A DNA stretch of 32,000 nucleotides from NCBI GenBank assembly GCA_965247805.1, contig OZ252034.1, positions 3,372,192-3,404,191 of the forward strand. The letters run 5' to 3'. This document shows, one piece after another, positions 17,016 through 24,923 of this stretch (positions are counted from its first letter, which is position 1; the number at the start of each line of letters is the position of its first letter). The DNA comes from Pyrinomonadaceae bacterium. GTDB lineage: Bacteria; Acidobacteriota; Blastocatellia; Pyrinomonadales; Pyrinomonadaceae. Both the position numbers and the translations under genes were made by a program. Under the pieces are notes generated by a model. The model had not been told where the DNA came from. It saw nothing but the letters and a program-made list of their open reading frames with translations, and did not search any database.

Positions 17016-18151
17016 CTTTCTTCAATCGGAACATATTTCAAATCGCGTGCGCCGATGTATTCGGCACGCGGACGAATGAGTTTGTTGTTGCCGTATTGCT
17101 CTAAAATATGTCCCGTCCAACCGGAAATGCGCGAAACGGCGAAGATCGGCGTGTATTGGTCGAGCGGAATATCCATCAGGTAATATGCCGAAGCCGAATA
17201 GAAATCGACGTTCGGGTGCATTCCTTTTTTCTCCAACATCGCCTTTTCGATTTTTTGCGACATATTGAACCATTTCATTTCGCCGCGTTTTTCGCCCAAC
17301 TGTTTTGAGAATTTGCGAAGCCACGTCGCGCGCGGGTCTTCGGTTTTATAGACGGCGTGACCGATGCCCATAATTTTGCGTTTTTCTTCGAGAGCTTTGT
17401 CGAGCCACGAATCAATATTTTCTTCGCTGCCGATTTCCTTGAGCATTTTCATCACATTCGTATTCGCGCCGCCGTGCAGCGGTCCGGCGAGTGCCGCGAT
17501 TCCGCCCGTGACCGCGCCGTAGATGTCGGCAAGCGTTCCGGCAATCACGCGCGTCGTGAACGTCGAAGCGTTCAGTTCGTGGTCGGCGTGCAGAATTAAC
17601 GCGATGTCGAAAATTTTAGCTTCGTCGGCTTCCGGTTTTTCGCCCGTGAACATATAGAGGAAATTTTCAGCGATGCTCAAACTGTCGTCCGGCGCGATTG
17701 GTTCTTTGCCGGTGCGAATGCGTTCCCACGCGGCGACGACTGTGCCAATCTGTGCAGTTAATTTAACGGCAGTTTTGACGGCAGTTTCGCGGTCGGTTCC
17801 GTGTCCGTTTTTGTCGTAAAATCCAAGTGCGGAAACGCTCGTGCGGAGAACGTCCATCGGATTCGCGTCCTTCGGAAAGGTTTTCATCATCTCGACGAGT
17901 TCCGCCGGAATGTCGCTGTTCGCCTGAAATTGCGCTTTCAAATCTTCGAGTTCCGCTTTTTTCGGCAGACGACCGTTCCAAAGTAAAAATATGACTTCTT
18001 CAAACGTCGAATTCTCGGCTAAATCGTGAATATCATAGCCTTGATAAATTAAAATTCCCTGTTCGCCGTTGACATCGCCGATTGCGCTCTGCGCGGCAAC
18101 TACGCCTCGTAATCCGGCGGTCGCGGCGGTTGATTCTGTTGCTGTACTCAT
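17012..18151 (-). CDS. Citrate synthase
   Basis: GYDIHDLAENSTFEEVIFLLWNGRLP, LHADHELNASTFTTRVIAGT, GPLHGGAN, MGIGHAVYKTEDPRA, DFYSASAYYLMDIP, SRISGWTGHILEQ. Confidence 0.96.
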   Translation of the reverse strand: MSTATESTAATAGLRGVVAAQSAIGDVNGEQGILIYQGYDIHDLAENSTFEEVIFLLWNGRLPKKAELEDLKAQFQANSDIPAELVEMMKTFPKDANPMDVLRTSVSALGFYDKNGHGTDRETAVKTAVKLTAQIGTVVAAWERIRTGKEPIAPDDSLSIAENFLYMFTGEKPEADEAKIFDIALILHADHELNASTFTTRVIAGTLADIYGAVTGGIAALAGPLHGGANTNVMKMLKEIGSEENIDSWLDKALEEKRKIMGIGHAVYKTEDPRATWLRKFSKQLGEKRGEMKWFNMSQKIEKAMLEKKGMHPNVDFYSASAYYLMDIPLDQYTPIFAVSRISGWTGHILEQYGNNKLIRPRAEYIGARDLKYVPIEER

Positions 18152-18244
18152 AAGTGTAAATATTCCTTGTAACTATAGGATTTTTTATAGTTTAAATTTA
18201 TCAAATGGTCTGATAAGTTACAAGTTTGAAAAAATCTTAGTTTA

Positions 18245-19222
18245 TCAAGCTATAACCTTAATTTTTTGACCGACTTCGGCTTGCAGAATATCTGCCGCCG
18301 AATCTTTAAAAGCGACGATTTCTAAAAACTCCGCGCTTCCGAAAATCATAAAGATTTCGGACTTTTCAGCTTCGGCAAAATAATTTTGCAGTTTTTCGAT
18401 TTTCTTTTCGCCGATCTCCAACTCGAATTTTGCGGGTAAATATTCAGCTTTCAAATTTGTGATGAGATTGCCGAAACGATCAATGTGAATAATTTGCGCC
18501 TCGATTTCGGTTTCGGAGAATTTGCGCGGGTTTGCTTCTTCAAATCTTTTGTAATCAGTTATTTCCCTGCCGAATTCGTTTGGTTTTACACCGTTTGAAA
18601 GATGTGCGGCGACGGGTGCGAAAACGTCCCGTCCGTGAAAAGTCGCGGATACTTTGCCGGCGAAAAATTGTTTGTTCGTCAATTCATAAACATTACAGGC
18701 AGAAGTCCGCGCGTGAGCAGGGGCGTTTTTTGATTCGCCGTCATTTATGCCCTTGCTCACGCGCGGACTTCTGCCTTCGTTGAAGACAAAACTCAGCAGA
18801 CCGTTGTCCGGCGCGATGAAAAAATATTCGTCCGTTTCCACCAAAATCGCGCGTCTGTTTGAGCCGACTCCGGGATCAACGACGGCGACGTAAATTGTTT
18901 GCAGCGGGAAATTTCGATAACAGGCGCGGAGCGTAAAACTCGCGGAGTTTATATTTTGCGGCTCGATTTCGTGCGTAATATCAACAATCTGCGCGGTCGG
19001 ATTAATTGACAGAATCGCGCCTTTCATCGCCGCGACAAAATAATCCTTCGTTCCAAAGTCAGTCAGTAAAGCAATTATTTGTGCTGATTTCGGTTCTTCC
19101 CTTAATTTATTGGTCATTCCAAAAAAATATCCACGAAACCCGGCAAAGTCAAAAAGGAGGAAAAATCTTTGCCTGTTTTCGTGGATATTAGAGACGCGAA
19201 AATTAACAGATGATCGCGCCAA
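18245..19222 (-). CDS. SAM hydroxide adenosyltransferase (DUF62 family); likely true start ATG at 19117
   Basis: IIALLTDFGTKDYFVAAMKGAILSINP, DITHEI, VVDPGVGSNRRAI, FIAPDNGLLSFV, GRDVFAPVAAHLS, IIHIDRFGNLITNL. Contains a 26-codon repeat-derived insertion. Confidence 0.92.
   Translation of the reverse strand: MARSSVNFRVSNIHENRQRFFLLFDFAGFRGYFFGMTNKLREEPKSAQIIALLTDFGTKDYFVAAMKGAILSINPTAQIVDITHEIEPQNINSASFTLRACYRNFPLQTIYVAVVDPGVGSNRRAILVETDEYFFIAPDNGLLSFVFNEGRSPRVSKGINDGESKNAPAHARTSACNVYELTNKQFFAGKVSATFHGRDVFAPVAAHLSNGVKPNEFGREITDYKRFEEANPRKFSETEIEAQIIHIDRFGNLITNLKAEYLPAKFELEIGEKKIEKLQNYFAEAEKSEIFMIFGSAEFLEIVAFKDSAADILQAEVGQKIKVIA
18698..18775. repeat. Palindromic element A, copy 2 (27-bp arms 18698-18724 / 18749-18775, one mismatch), within coding sequence
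   Basis: GGCAGAAGTCCGCGCGTGAGCAGGGGC ... GCCCTTGCTCACGCGCGGACTTCTGCC; arm matches copy 1 at 24/28 positions; 78 bp = 26 codons. Confidence 0.95.
19121..19188 (-). terminator. Intrinsic terminator-like hairpin, 22-bp stem (20/22), followed by T7 on the minus strand
   Basis: Arms ATATCCACGAAACCCGGCAAAG (19127-19148) / CTTTGCCTGTTTTCGTGGATAT (19167-19188); A7 at 19121-19127 on the plus strand. Confidence 0.8.
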
Positions 19223-19238
19223 AGATTAGTTGCCAACT

Positions 19239-20279
19239 CTAACGAATCTGCGTTTCGTAAGTTGATTTAATGCGAAGCTGCTGCGCTTTATTCAGGCGAA
19301 TTTCTTTGCCGCGTTCGACGACGACCGCGCCGACTCCGAAAGCTGCGCCGACTCCTGCGCCGACGGCTAATCCGACCGGACCGCCGACGACGACACCGAC
19401 CAGTGCGCCGGTTCCGGTTGCCGCGCCGACCTTGACCGAATCGCTTTTGATCGAACTTTTACCTTCGACCGTGCCTTCCGTCACTTGTTTGACGTTATCG
19501 CCTTTGACCGGCAAAACTTCCGTCAGAATCGCGTTGAAATTGCTCCAGCGTCCTTCCGTCAAAACGATGCGGTCAAACGAGAGCAGCATCTCCGAACGGC
19601 GTTTTATTCTGCCGGGTTTTTGAATTTTAGAAACTCGACCTTCGATCATCGCGCCATTTAATTCCATCGGCGAAACGATTTTTCCGGTGAATTTGTCGCC
19701 TTCCTTGCTGCGTTCCGTGCCGAGTTCGTCCGTCAATTCGACAATCAATTCGGTGTCCGTCGGAATAACAATAATCGCATCATTCGTCGGAACATAACTG
19801 ACATCGTTCGTTTTTGTCTGAACCGTCGGGGTCTGTTCGATTGTATTATTGGTGTTTTCCGAAACCGTGTTATCGGTATCCGGCGTTGTTGTCGCGGTGT
19901 TGCCCGTGTTGATTGTCCCGCGTTTTTTCAGTTCGGTCGGCAGCGTTGCATCGAACGAACGCTTTTCAAATCCGGTGTTGTAACCGATTTCAAAACCTTG
20001 CTGATAACCGTCGCGGTAATCTTCGACCACGCCGTAATCTTTGTTATAAGCGCGGTCGGCTTTGGTATATTCGCTGTGGCGCGTATAGCTTTTTGCCGTG
20101 TTGTCAATGACATCGCGGTAGCCAGCCATATAACCGTCCGAATAGCCGGTGCGATAACCGCGTTGCAAAGCGATTTTGCCGTCTTGGGCGTTCGTGGTCT
20201 GAATCGGAAAAGTTAGGAAAGATAAAAAACTCAGGGAAAAAATCAGGGCAAAGCTCGTAAAAGTTCTGTTTAGCTTCAT
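19239..20279 (-). CDS. Exported glycine-zipper protein with YxxGYxxG-type N-terminal repeats
   Basis: Signal peptide; GYSDGYMAGYRDV / DYRDGYQQGFEIGYNTG; GALVGVVVGGPVGLAVGAGVGAAFGVG glycine zipper. Confidence 0.75.
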   Translation of the reverse strand: MKLNRTFTSFALIFSLSFLSFLTFPIQTTNAQDGKIALQRGYRTGYSDGYMAGYRDVIDNTAKSYTRHSEYTKADRAYNKDYGVVEDYRDGYQQGFEIGYNTGFEKRSFDATLPTELKKRGTINTGNTATTTPDTDNTVSENTNNTIEQTPTVQTKTNDVSYVPTNDAIIVIPTDTELIVELTDELGTERSKEGDKFTGKIVSPMELNGAMIEGRVSKIQKPGRIKRRSEMLLSFDRIVLTEGRWSNFNAILTEVLPVKGDNVKQVTEGTVEGKSSIKSDSVKVGAATGTGALVGVVVGGPVGLAVGAGVGAAFGVGAVVVERGKEIRLNKAQQLRIKSTYETQIR

Positions 20280-20546
20280 TTGACCTCCATATCAAAAAAC
20301 AAGAAATGTTTTGTCCGCTATGATTTATACACTATAACTTAAGAAATTACAAGAAGAATTTTAAAATTAATTTCCAAACGTCCGGCTGTTTAAAAGAAGT
20401 CTCTGATTTGATATTCTTAACTGACAAAATTGCAGTATTTAGCATCTGTTTGTGGTGGAGAGTTAAAATTTTTCCGGTTGTCTTCGGGCAACTTCAAAAT
20501 TAGAAGTAATTTCCCTTTCAAAAGATGCCAGAGCGATTTTATAAAT

Positions 20547-20617
20547 CAGAACAAGAAGCGGTAGCGACTTGTGTAACCTACGCGATTTCACCCGTCACTA
20601 TCTTTCCGGGTTCTGAA
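20547..20617. repeat. Degenerate GAGCGGTAGCGA-family element (copy 2)
   Basis: TCAGAACAAGAAGCGGTAGCGACTTGT resembles the left arm at 3417-3447; the right side retains only GTTCTGA plus weak pairing. Confidence 0.6.
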
Positions 20618-20643
20618 TTATTACAATTTTTATCGAGGAATCT

Positions 20644-21984
20644 ATGAAAACACTATTTTTTATCCTAATTTTTTCGCTTGCCGCCGTCGGAATCACCGCG
20701 CAGGCGCGGAAAGTTTTCCCGTATCAATATAAAGTTGACGATTTGCCGAACGGTTTGCGCGTCGTCACCGTGCCGACCGATTATCCGAATCTGGTCGCGC
20801 TTTACACGGTCGTCGGCGCAGGTTCGCGCAACGAGGTCGAAGACAAAAAGAGCGGTTACGCGCATTTTTTCGAGCATCTGATGTTTCGCGGCAGTGAAAA
20901 TTATCCGCCCGGATCGTTTGACGAAATTATGAAACGCGCCGGCGCGTCGTCGAACGCCTACACGACCGACGACCGCACGGTTTATCACGAAACCTTTGCC
21001 AAAGAAGATTTAGAAGAGATTCTGAAACTCGAAGCCGACCGTTTCCAAAAATTAAAATTCACCGAAGAAAAATTCAAGACCGAAGCGGGCGCGGTTTTAG
21101 GTGAATATAATAAAAACAGCGCGTCGCCGTTCAGCAAAATGAACGAAGTATTGCGCGAAACGGCTTTCAAAGATCACACTTACAGCCATACGACGATGGG
21201 CTACGTCGCCGACATCAAAGATTATCCGAATCAATACGATTACGCCTTCCAGTTTTTCAAACGCTTTTATCGTCCCGAAAATACGACAATCATCGTTGTC
21301 GGTGATGTCAAACAGGCGGAAGTTTTGGGACTCGTCAAAAAATATTACGGCGATTGGAACAAGGGCGATTATGTCAATAAAATCACCGCCGAAAAACCGC
21401 AGAATGCGCCGCGCAAAAAGCATATAGACTGGGACTCGCAAACGCTGCCGATTATTGAAATCGCATATCGCGCACCGGCTTTTTCCGAAACTGAAAAAGA
21501 CAAAGCCGCGCTCGATCTGCTCTCGATCATCGCATTCGGTGAAAATTCCGACATCTATCAGAAACTCGTTTTGCAGGAGCAGAAAACCGTTTTCGTCACC
21601 GCCGGAGCCGACGATCACATTGATCCCGAACTTTTCACGGCTTACGCGCAAGTCAAGGACGTGAAAGATATGGACTACGTTCAGGGCGAGATTTTGAAAA
21701 CCTACAAACGCTACACGACCGAACTCGTCCCGCAAACACAATTGGACCAAACTCGTTCGCGTCTGCGTTACGGTTTTGTCCTCGGAATGAACAGCAACGA
21801 CGCGATTGCCGGAACGCTCGCGCAATACATCGGCTTGAGCCGTTCGCCCGACACGATTGACAAAGTTTTCGCGCTTTACGATTCGATCACGCCCGAAGAC
21901 ATTCGCAAATACGCCGCGAAATATTTCACCGACAACAATCAGACGATTGTCACTTTAGCCACGAAAAAAGGAGACGCAAAATAA
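20644..21984 (+). CDS. M16 family zinc peptidase (catalytic member)
   Basis: GYAHFFEHLMFRGS (HxxEH motif), TVYHETF, GAVLGEYNKN, VVGDV. Confidence 0.94.
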   Translation: MKTLFFILIFSLAAVGITAQARKVFPYQYKVDDLPNGLRVVTVPTDYPNLVALYTVVGAGSRNEVEDKKSGYAHFFEHLMFRGSENYPPGSFDEIMKRAGASSNAYTTDDRTVYHETFAKEDLEEILKLEADRFQKLKFTEEKFKTEAGAVLGEYNKNSASPFSKMNEVLRETAFKDHTYSHTTMGYVADIKDYPNQYDYAFQFFKRFYRPENTTIIVVGDVKQAEVLGLVKKYYGDWNKGDYVNKITAEKPQNAPRKKHIDWDSQTLPIIEIAYRAPAFSETEKDKAALDLLSIIAFGENSDIYQKLVLQEQKTVFVTAGADDHIDPELFTAYAQVKDVKDMDYVQGEILKTYKRYTTELVPQTQLDQTRSRLRYGFVLGMNSNDAIAGTLAQYIGLSRSPDTIDKVFALYDSITPEDIRKYAAKYFTDNNQTIVTLATKKGDAK

Positions 21985-23546
21985 TGCCAAATTCCAGATT
22001 CCAAATTCCAAATTACTTTGCGCCTTTGCGCCTTTGCGCCTTTGCGGGATTAATCTTCGTTCTGACATTCTCGGCGATTGCCCAAAAAACCAAAAAACCG
22101 CCCGTCAAAAATATGAATTCAAACATCGAGACAGTTCTGCAACCGGGCAAATCGCCGCTCGTTTCGCTTCGCATCCAATTTTTAACAGGTTCCGTTGACG
22201 ATCCGAACGGCAAAGAAGGCGTTGCCGCGCTGACTGCCGCGATGATTGCTCAAGGCGGCTCGAAAAACCTGACTTTCGATCAGATTACCGAGCAGTTTTA
22301 TCCGATGGCGGCAGGTTTCGGCGCACAGACCGACAAGGAAATGACGACGTTTGTCGGGCAGACGCACGTTGATAATCTGCCGAAATATTACTCGATAATT
22401 CGCCAAATGCTGCTCGAACCCGGATTTCGTGAGGACGATTTCACGCGCCTCAAGGCGGACGCGATCAATTATCTAAAAACCGGATTGCGCGAAAACAACG
22501 ACGAAGAACTCGGCAAAGAACGCCTTTACAACATCATTTACGCGGGAACGGCTTACGAAAACAATACCGTCGGGAAAATTTCGTCGCTCGAAAAACTGAC
22601 GATTCAGGATGTCAAAGATTTTTACGCCGCAAATTATTCGCAAGGCAATCTCGTCATCGGACTTTCGGGCGGTTTCGACACGAAATTTTCGAGCGCGATG
22701 CTCAAAGATTTTCAGCAATTACCGAAAGGCGGCAAAAAGATGCGAAAACTCGCTGCACCGCAATTAGAAGACGGAATGAAGATTGACATCGTGAAACGCG
22801 AAACCCGCGCGACGGCGATTTCGCTCGGATTTCCGATTGACGTTAATCGTTCATTCGGTAAGGATTATGCCGCGCTCGCGCTCGTCGCTTCGTATTTCGG
22901 TCAGCATCGCTCGTCAAACAGCTATCTTTACGGTCGTCTACGCGAAGTTCGCGGTCTGAATTACGGCGATTACGCCTACATCGAATATTTTCCGCGCGGA
23001 ATGTTTCAGTTTGAACCCGATCCGAACATCGCCCGCAAAATGCAGATTTTCCAAATGTGGATTCGTCCCGTCGAACCGCAAAATGGCAATTTCGCGCTCC
23101 GTGCCGCGCTTTACGAATACGACAAACTGGTCAAAAACGGTTTAGACCAAAAGACGTTTGAAGAGTCGCGCAACTTTTTGACGAAATACGTCAACATTTT
23201 AACGCAGACAAAAGATGCCGAACTCGGCTACGCGCTCGACAGCAAATTTTACGGAATCGGCAATTACAACCAGTATATGAAGGATAATCTGGCGAAACTG
23301 ACACTCGCCGATGTCAATAACGCCATCAAAACCTATCTTTCAACCGAAAAAATGCGCGTCGTGATGATAACCAAAGACGCGGAATCTTTGCGCGACGAAA
23401 TCGTCAAAAATAAACCCGCCAAAATCAATTATGCCGCCCCAAAACCAAAAGAAATCACCGACGAAGACAAAATCATCGAAACTTATCCAATTAAAGTTAA
23501 GCCAAACGATGTGACGATTACGCCGGTTGATAAAGTGTTTGAATAG
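21984..23546 (+). CDS. M16 family peptidase-like protein (non-catalytic partner)
   Basis: TAATG overlap with the preceding gene; M16 fold-type sequence (IGLSGGFD, ALRAALYEYDKLVKNGL, STEKMRVVMI) without HxxEH. Confidence 0.88.
   Translation: MPNSRFQIPNYFAPLRLCAFAGLIFVLTFSAIAQKTKKPPVKNMNSNIETVLQPGKSPLVSLRIQFLTGSVDDPNGKEGVAALTAAMIAQGGSKNLTFDQITEQFYPMAAGFGAQTDKEMTTFVGQTHVDNLPKYYSIIRQMLLEPGFREDDFTRLKADAINYLKTGLRENNDEELGKERLYNIIYAGTAYENNTVGKISSLEKLTIQDVKDFYAANYSQGNLVIGLSGGFDTKFSSAMLKDFQQLPKGGKKMRKLAAPQLEDGMKIDIVKRETRATAISLGFPIDVNRSFGKDYAALALVASYFGQHRSSNSYLYGRLREVRGLNYGDYAYIEYFPRGMFQFEPDPNIARKMQIFQMWIRPVEPQNGNFALRAALYEYDKLVKNGLDQKTFEESRNFLTKYVNILTQTKDAELGYALDSKFYGIGNYNQYMKDNLAKLTLADVNNAIKTYLSTEKMRVVMITKDAESLRDEIVKNKPAKINYAAPKPKEITDEDKIIETYPIKVKPNDVTITPVDKVFE
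22021..22044. repeat. Tandem octamer repeat CGCCTTTG x 3 inside the CDS
   Basis: Direct reading; preceded by AATTCCA-type repeats at 21987-22014. Confidence 0.9.
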
Positions 23547-23547
23547 A

Positions 23548-23605
23548 AATTTCAAAACCGTTGATAGGACTTATATTTTTAAGTCTTATCAACGGTTTTG
23601 AAATT
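23548..23605. terminator. 26-bp stem hairpin downstream of the M16 pair
   Basis: AATTTCAAAACCGTTGATAGGACTTA (23548-23573) / TAAGTCTTATCAACGGTTTTGAAATT (23580-23605), one mismatch, 6-nt loop. Confidence 0.8.
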
Positions 23606-23617
23606 AATAAAATAAAT

Positions 23618-24079
23618 ATGGAAGAAAAACCAATTGAAGTTTTATCGTCTCACGAAAGCGGAGTCAGAAGTATAATTGCCTCAGCGAAAGGGCAAACTTA
23701 TCAGGCATTACATTCTCTCGAAGAAGCACAAAATATTTCGGATGGAGTTGTAATTTTCGAAGGTGACTACGGCGGAACAATTTACTTAACTTGTCCGGCT
23801 GACAAAGTAAAATGCTCGGTAGAAACATTGAAACAATTGCTTGCAGACATTGATGATTGTATTTGGAATAATCCTCACGGCGCAAAAGTCCTTTACGAAC
23901 GTCATCAAATAGGTTCAGGTATTGCAGGCGGAATGGGCGGCGGCATTGTAACGGACGGTGTTTGGATTCACAAAGAACTTACCGAAAAAGATTTGCACGA
24001 AAAAATTGAAGCTGTTTTAAAAGGACAAAATTCAAAATTGCAAATGCCTGAGAAGACATCAGAGTCAATGAATTCCTAA
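23618..24079 (+). CDS. Hypothetical protein (track ORF 23561; likely start ATG at 23618, MEEKPIEV...)
   Basis: Uninterrupted ORF; the track start at 23561 lies inside the hairpin, so the internal ATG is preferred. Confidence 0.65.
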   Translation: MEEKPIEVLSSHESGVRSIIASAKGQTYQALHSLEEAQNISDGVVIFEGDYGGTIYLTCPADKVKCSVETLKQLLADIDDCIWNNPHGAKVLYERHQIGSGIAGGMGGGIVTDGVWIHKELTEKDLHEKIEAVLKGQNSKLQMPEKTSESMNS

Positions 24080-24138
24080 ACGGCAAAACCAAAATTGCCG
24101 ACAATAACGAATGGGATCAATTTTGCGGTGAATAAATT

Positions 24139-24225
24139 ATGACACAAAACAAAACTGTTTCAGTTGAAGGAATTCGCGCTAATTTGTTGACTTTTGGTAT
24201 GACCGATGGTATTACTATTTTATGA
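24139..24225 (+). pseudogene. Truncated duplicate of the SufS-like gene 5' end (28-aa ORF MTQNKTVSVEGIRANLLTFGMTDGITIL)
   Basis: First 47 nt match 24924-24970 at 44/47 positions; stop overlaps the antitoxin start (ATGA). Confidence 0.75.
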
Positions 24226-24464
24226 GTGTTGCAAAAGTAACTATTTCTATCGAATCGGGCTTGCTTAATAAGGTTGATTATCTTGTCAAAGAGCGTGTTT
24301 TTTCTAATCGCAGCCAAGCAATTCAGTCGGCGGTGGCGGAAAAAATTTCAAAATTGAACAGCAATCGTCTGGCGCGTGAGTGTGCGAAATTAGACAAGGC
24401 GGAAGAACAATCGCTGGCTGATTTGGGTTTGGCAAATGAGGCGGACGAATGGCTCGAATATTAA
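24222..24464 (+). CDS. Ribbon-helix-helix type antitoxin
   Basis: VAKVTISIESGLLNKVDYLVKERVFSNRSQAIQSAVAEK; overlaps the downstream MazF-like toxin. Confidence 0.83.
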   Translation: MSVAKVTISIESGLLNKVDYLVKERVFSNRSQAIQSAVAEKISKLNSNRLARECAKLDKAEEQSLADLGLANEADEWLEY

Positions 24465-24787
24465 GAGGCGACATAGTTTGGGCAAGCCTCGATCCGACAA
24501 TCGGACACGAACAATCAGGTTCGCGTCCGGTTCTTGTTTTGAGTCAGGATGTTTTCAACGAGCGTTCGGGAACGGTCATCGCGGTCGTTCTGACCAGCCA
24601 AAAACCGAACGCGGGTTTTCCGTTGACATTTGAACTTTCCGATCCGAAATTGCCGAAACAATCTTGGGTAAAAATCAGTCAAATCCGCGTGTTGTCAACC
24701 GAGCGTTTGGGCAAAAAAATCGGTAAAGCATCAAACGAAGAATTGGAAGCCGTGATCGAAGGGTTGAATGAAATCATCGGCGGATAA
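24449..24787 (+). CDS. PemK/MazF-family endoribonuclease toxin
   Basis: RGDIVWASLDPTIGHEQSGSRPVLVLSQDVFNERSGTVIAVVLTS...LPKQSWVKISQIRVLSTERLGKKIGK. Confidence 0.93.
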   Translation: MARILRGDIVWASLDPTIGHEQSGSRPVLVLSQDVFNERSGTVIAVVLTSQKPNAGFPLTFELSDPKLPKQSWVKISQIRVLSTERLGKKIGKASNEELEAVIEGLNEIIGG

Positions 24788-24822
24788 AATTTGGATTAAA
24801 GAATTTCGCGTTGGTATTAAAA

Positions 24823-24906
24823 ATTAGTATATTGAGCGGTAGCGAACATCGTTGCACTCAAAATTGATTGAAGTGTGACAGACTCGCTACCGCTCACTAT
24901 ACTGAT
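24823..24906. repeat. GAGCGGTAGCGA-family inverted repeat (copy 3)
   Basis: ATTAGTATATTGAGCGGTAGCGA (24823-24845) / TCGCTACCGCTCACTATACTGAT (24884-24906), 21/23 pairing. Confidence 0.88.
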
Positions 24907-24923
24907 TTGTCAATTAAGATTTT

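Noticed and set aside
17012-18151. 2-methylcitrate synthase instead of citrate synthase
   Set aside because: No methylcitrate cycle genes are nearby, and sequence motifs alone cannot separate the two here, so the generic citrate synthase call is kept without a gene symbol.
19115-19188. SAM riboswitch upstream of the SAM hydroxide adenosyltransferase
   Set aside because: Only a single long hairpin plus T-tract is visible. I see no recognisable SAM-I/II/III conserved core or multi-helix junction, so no riboswitch class is claimed.
21984-23546. Second M16 protein as a decayed pseudogene because HxxEH is missing
   Set aside because: The frame is intact over 520 codons, overlaps the catalytic gene start/stop, and catalytic/non-catalytic M16 pairs are a well-known functional arrangement.
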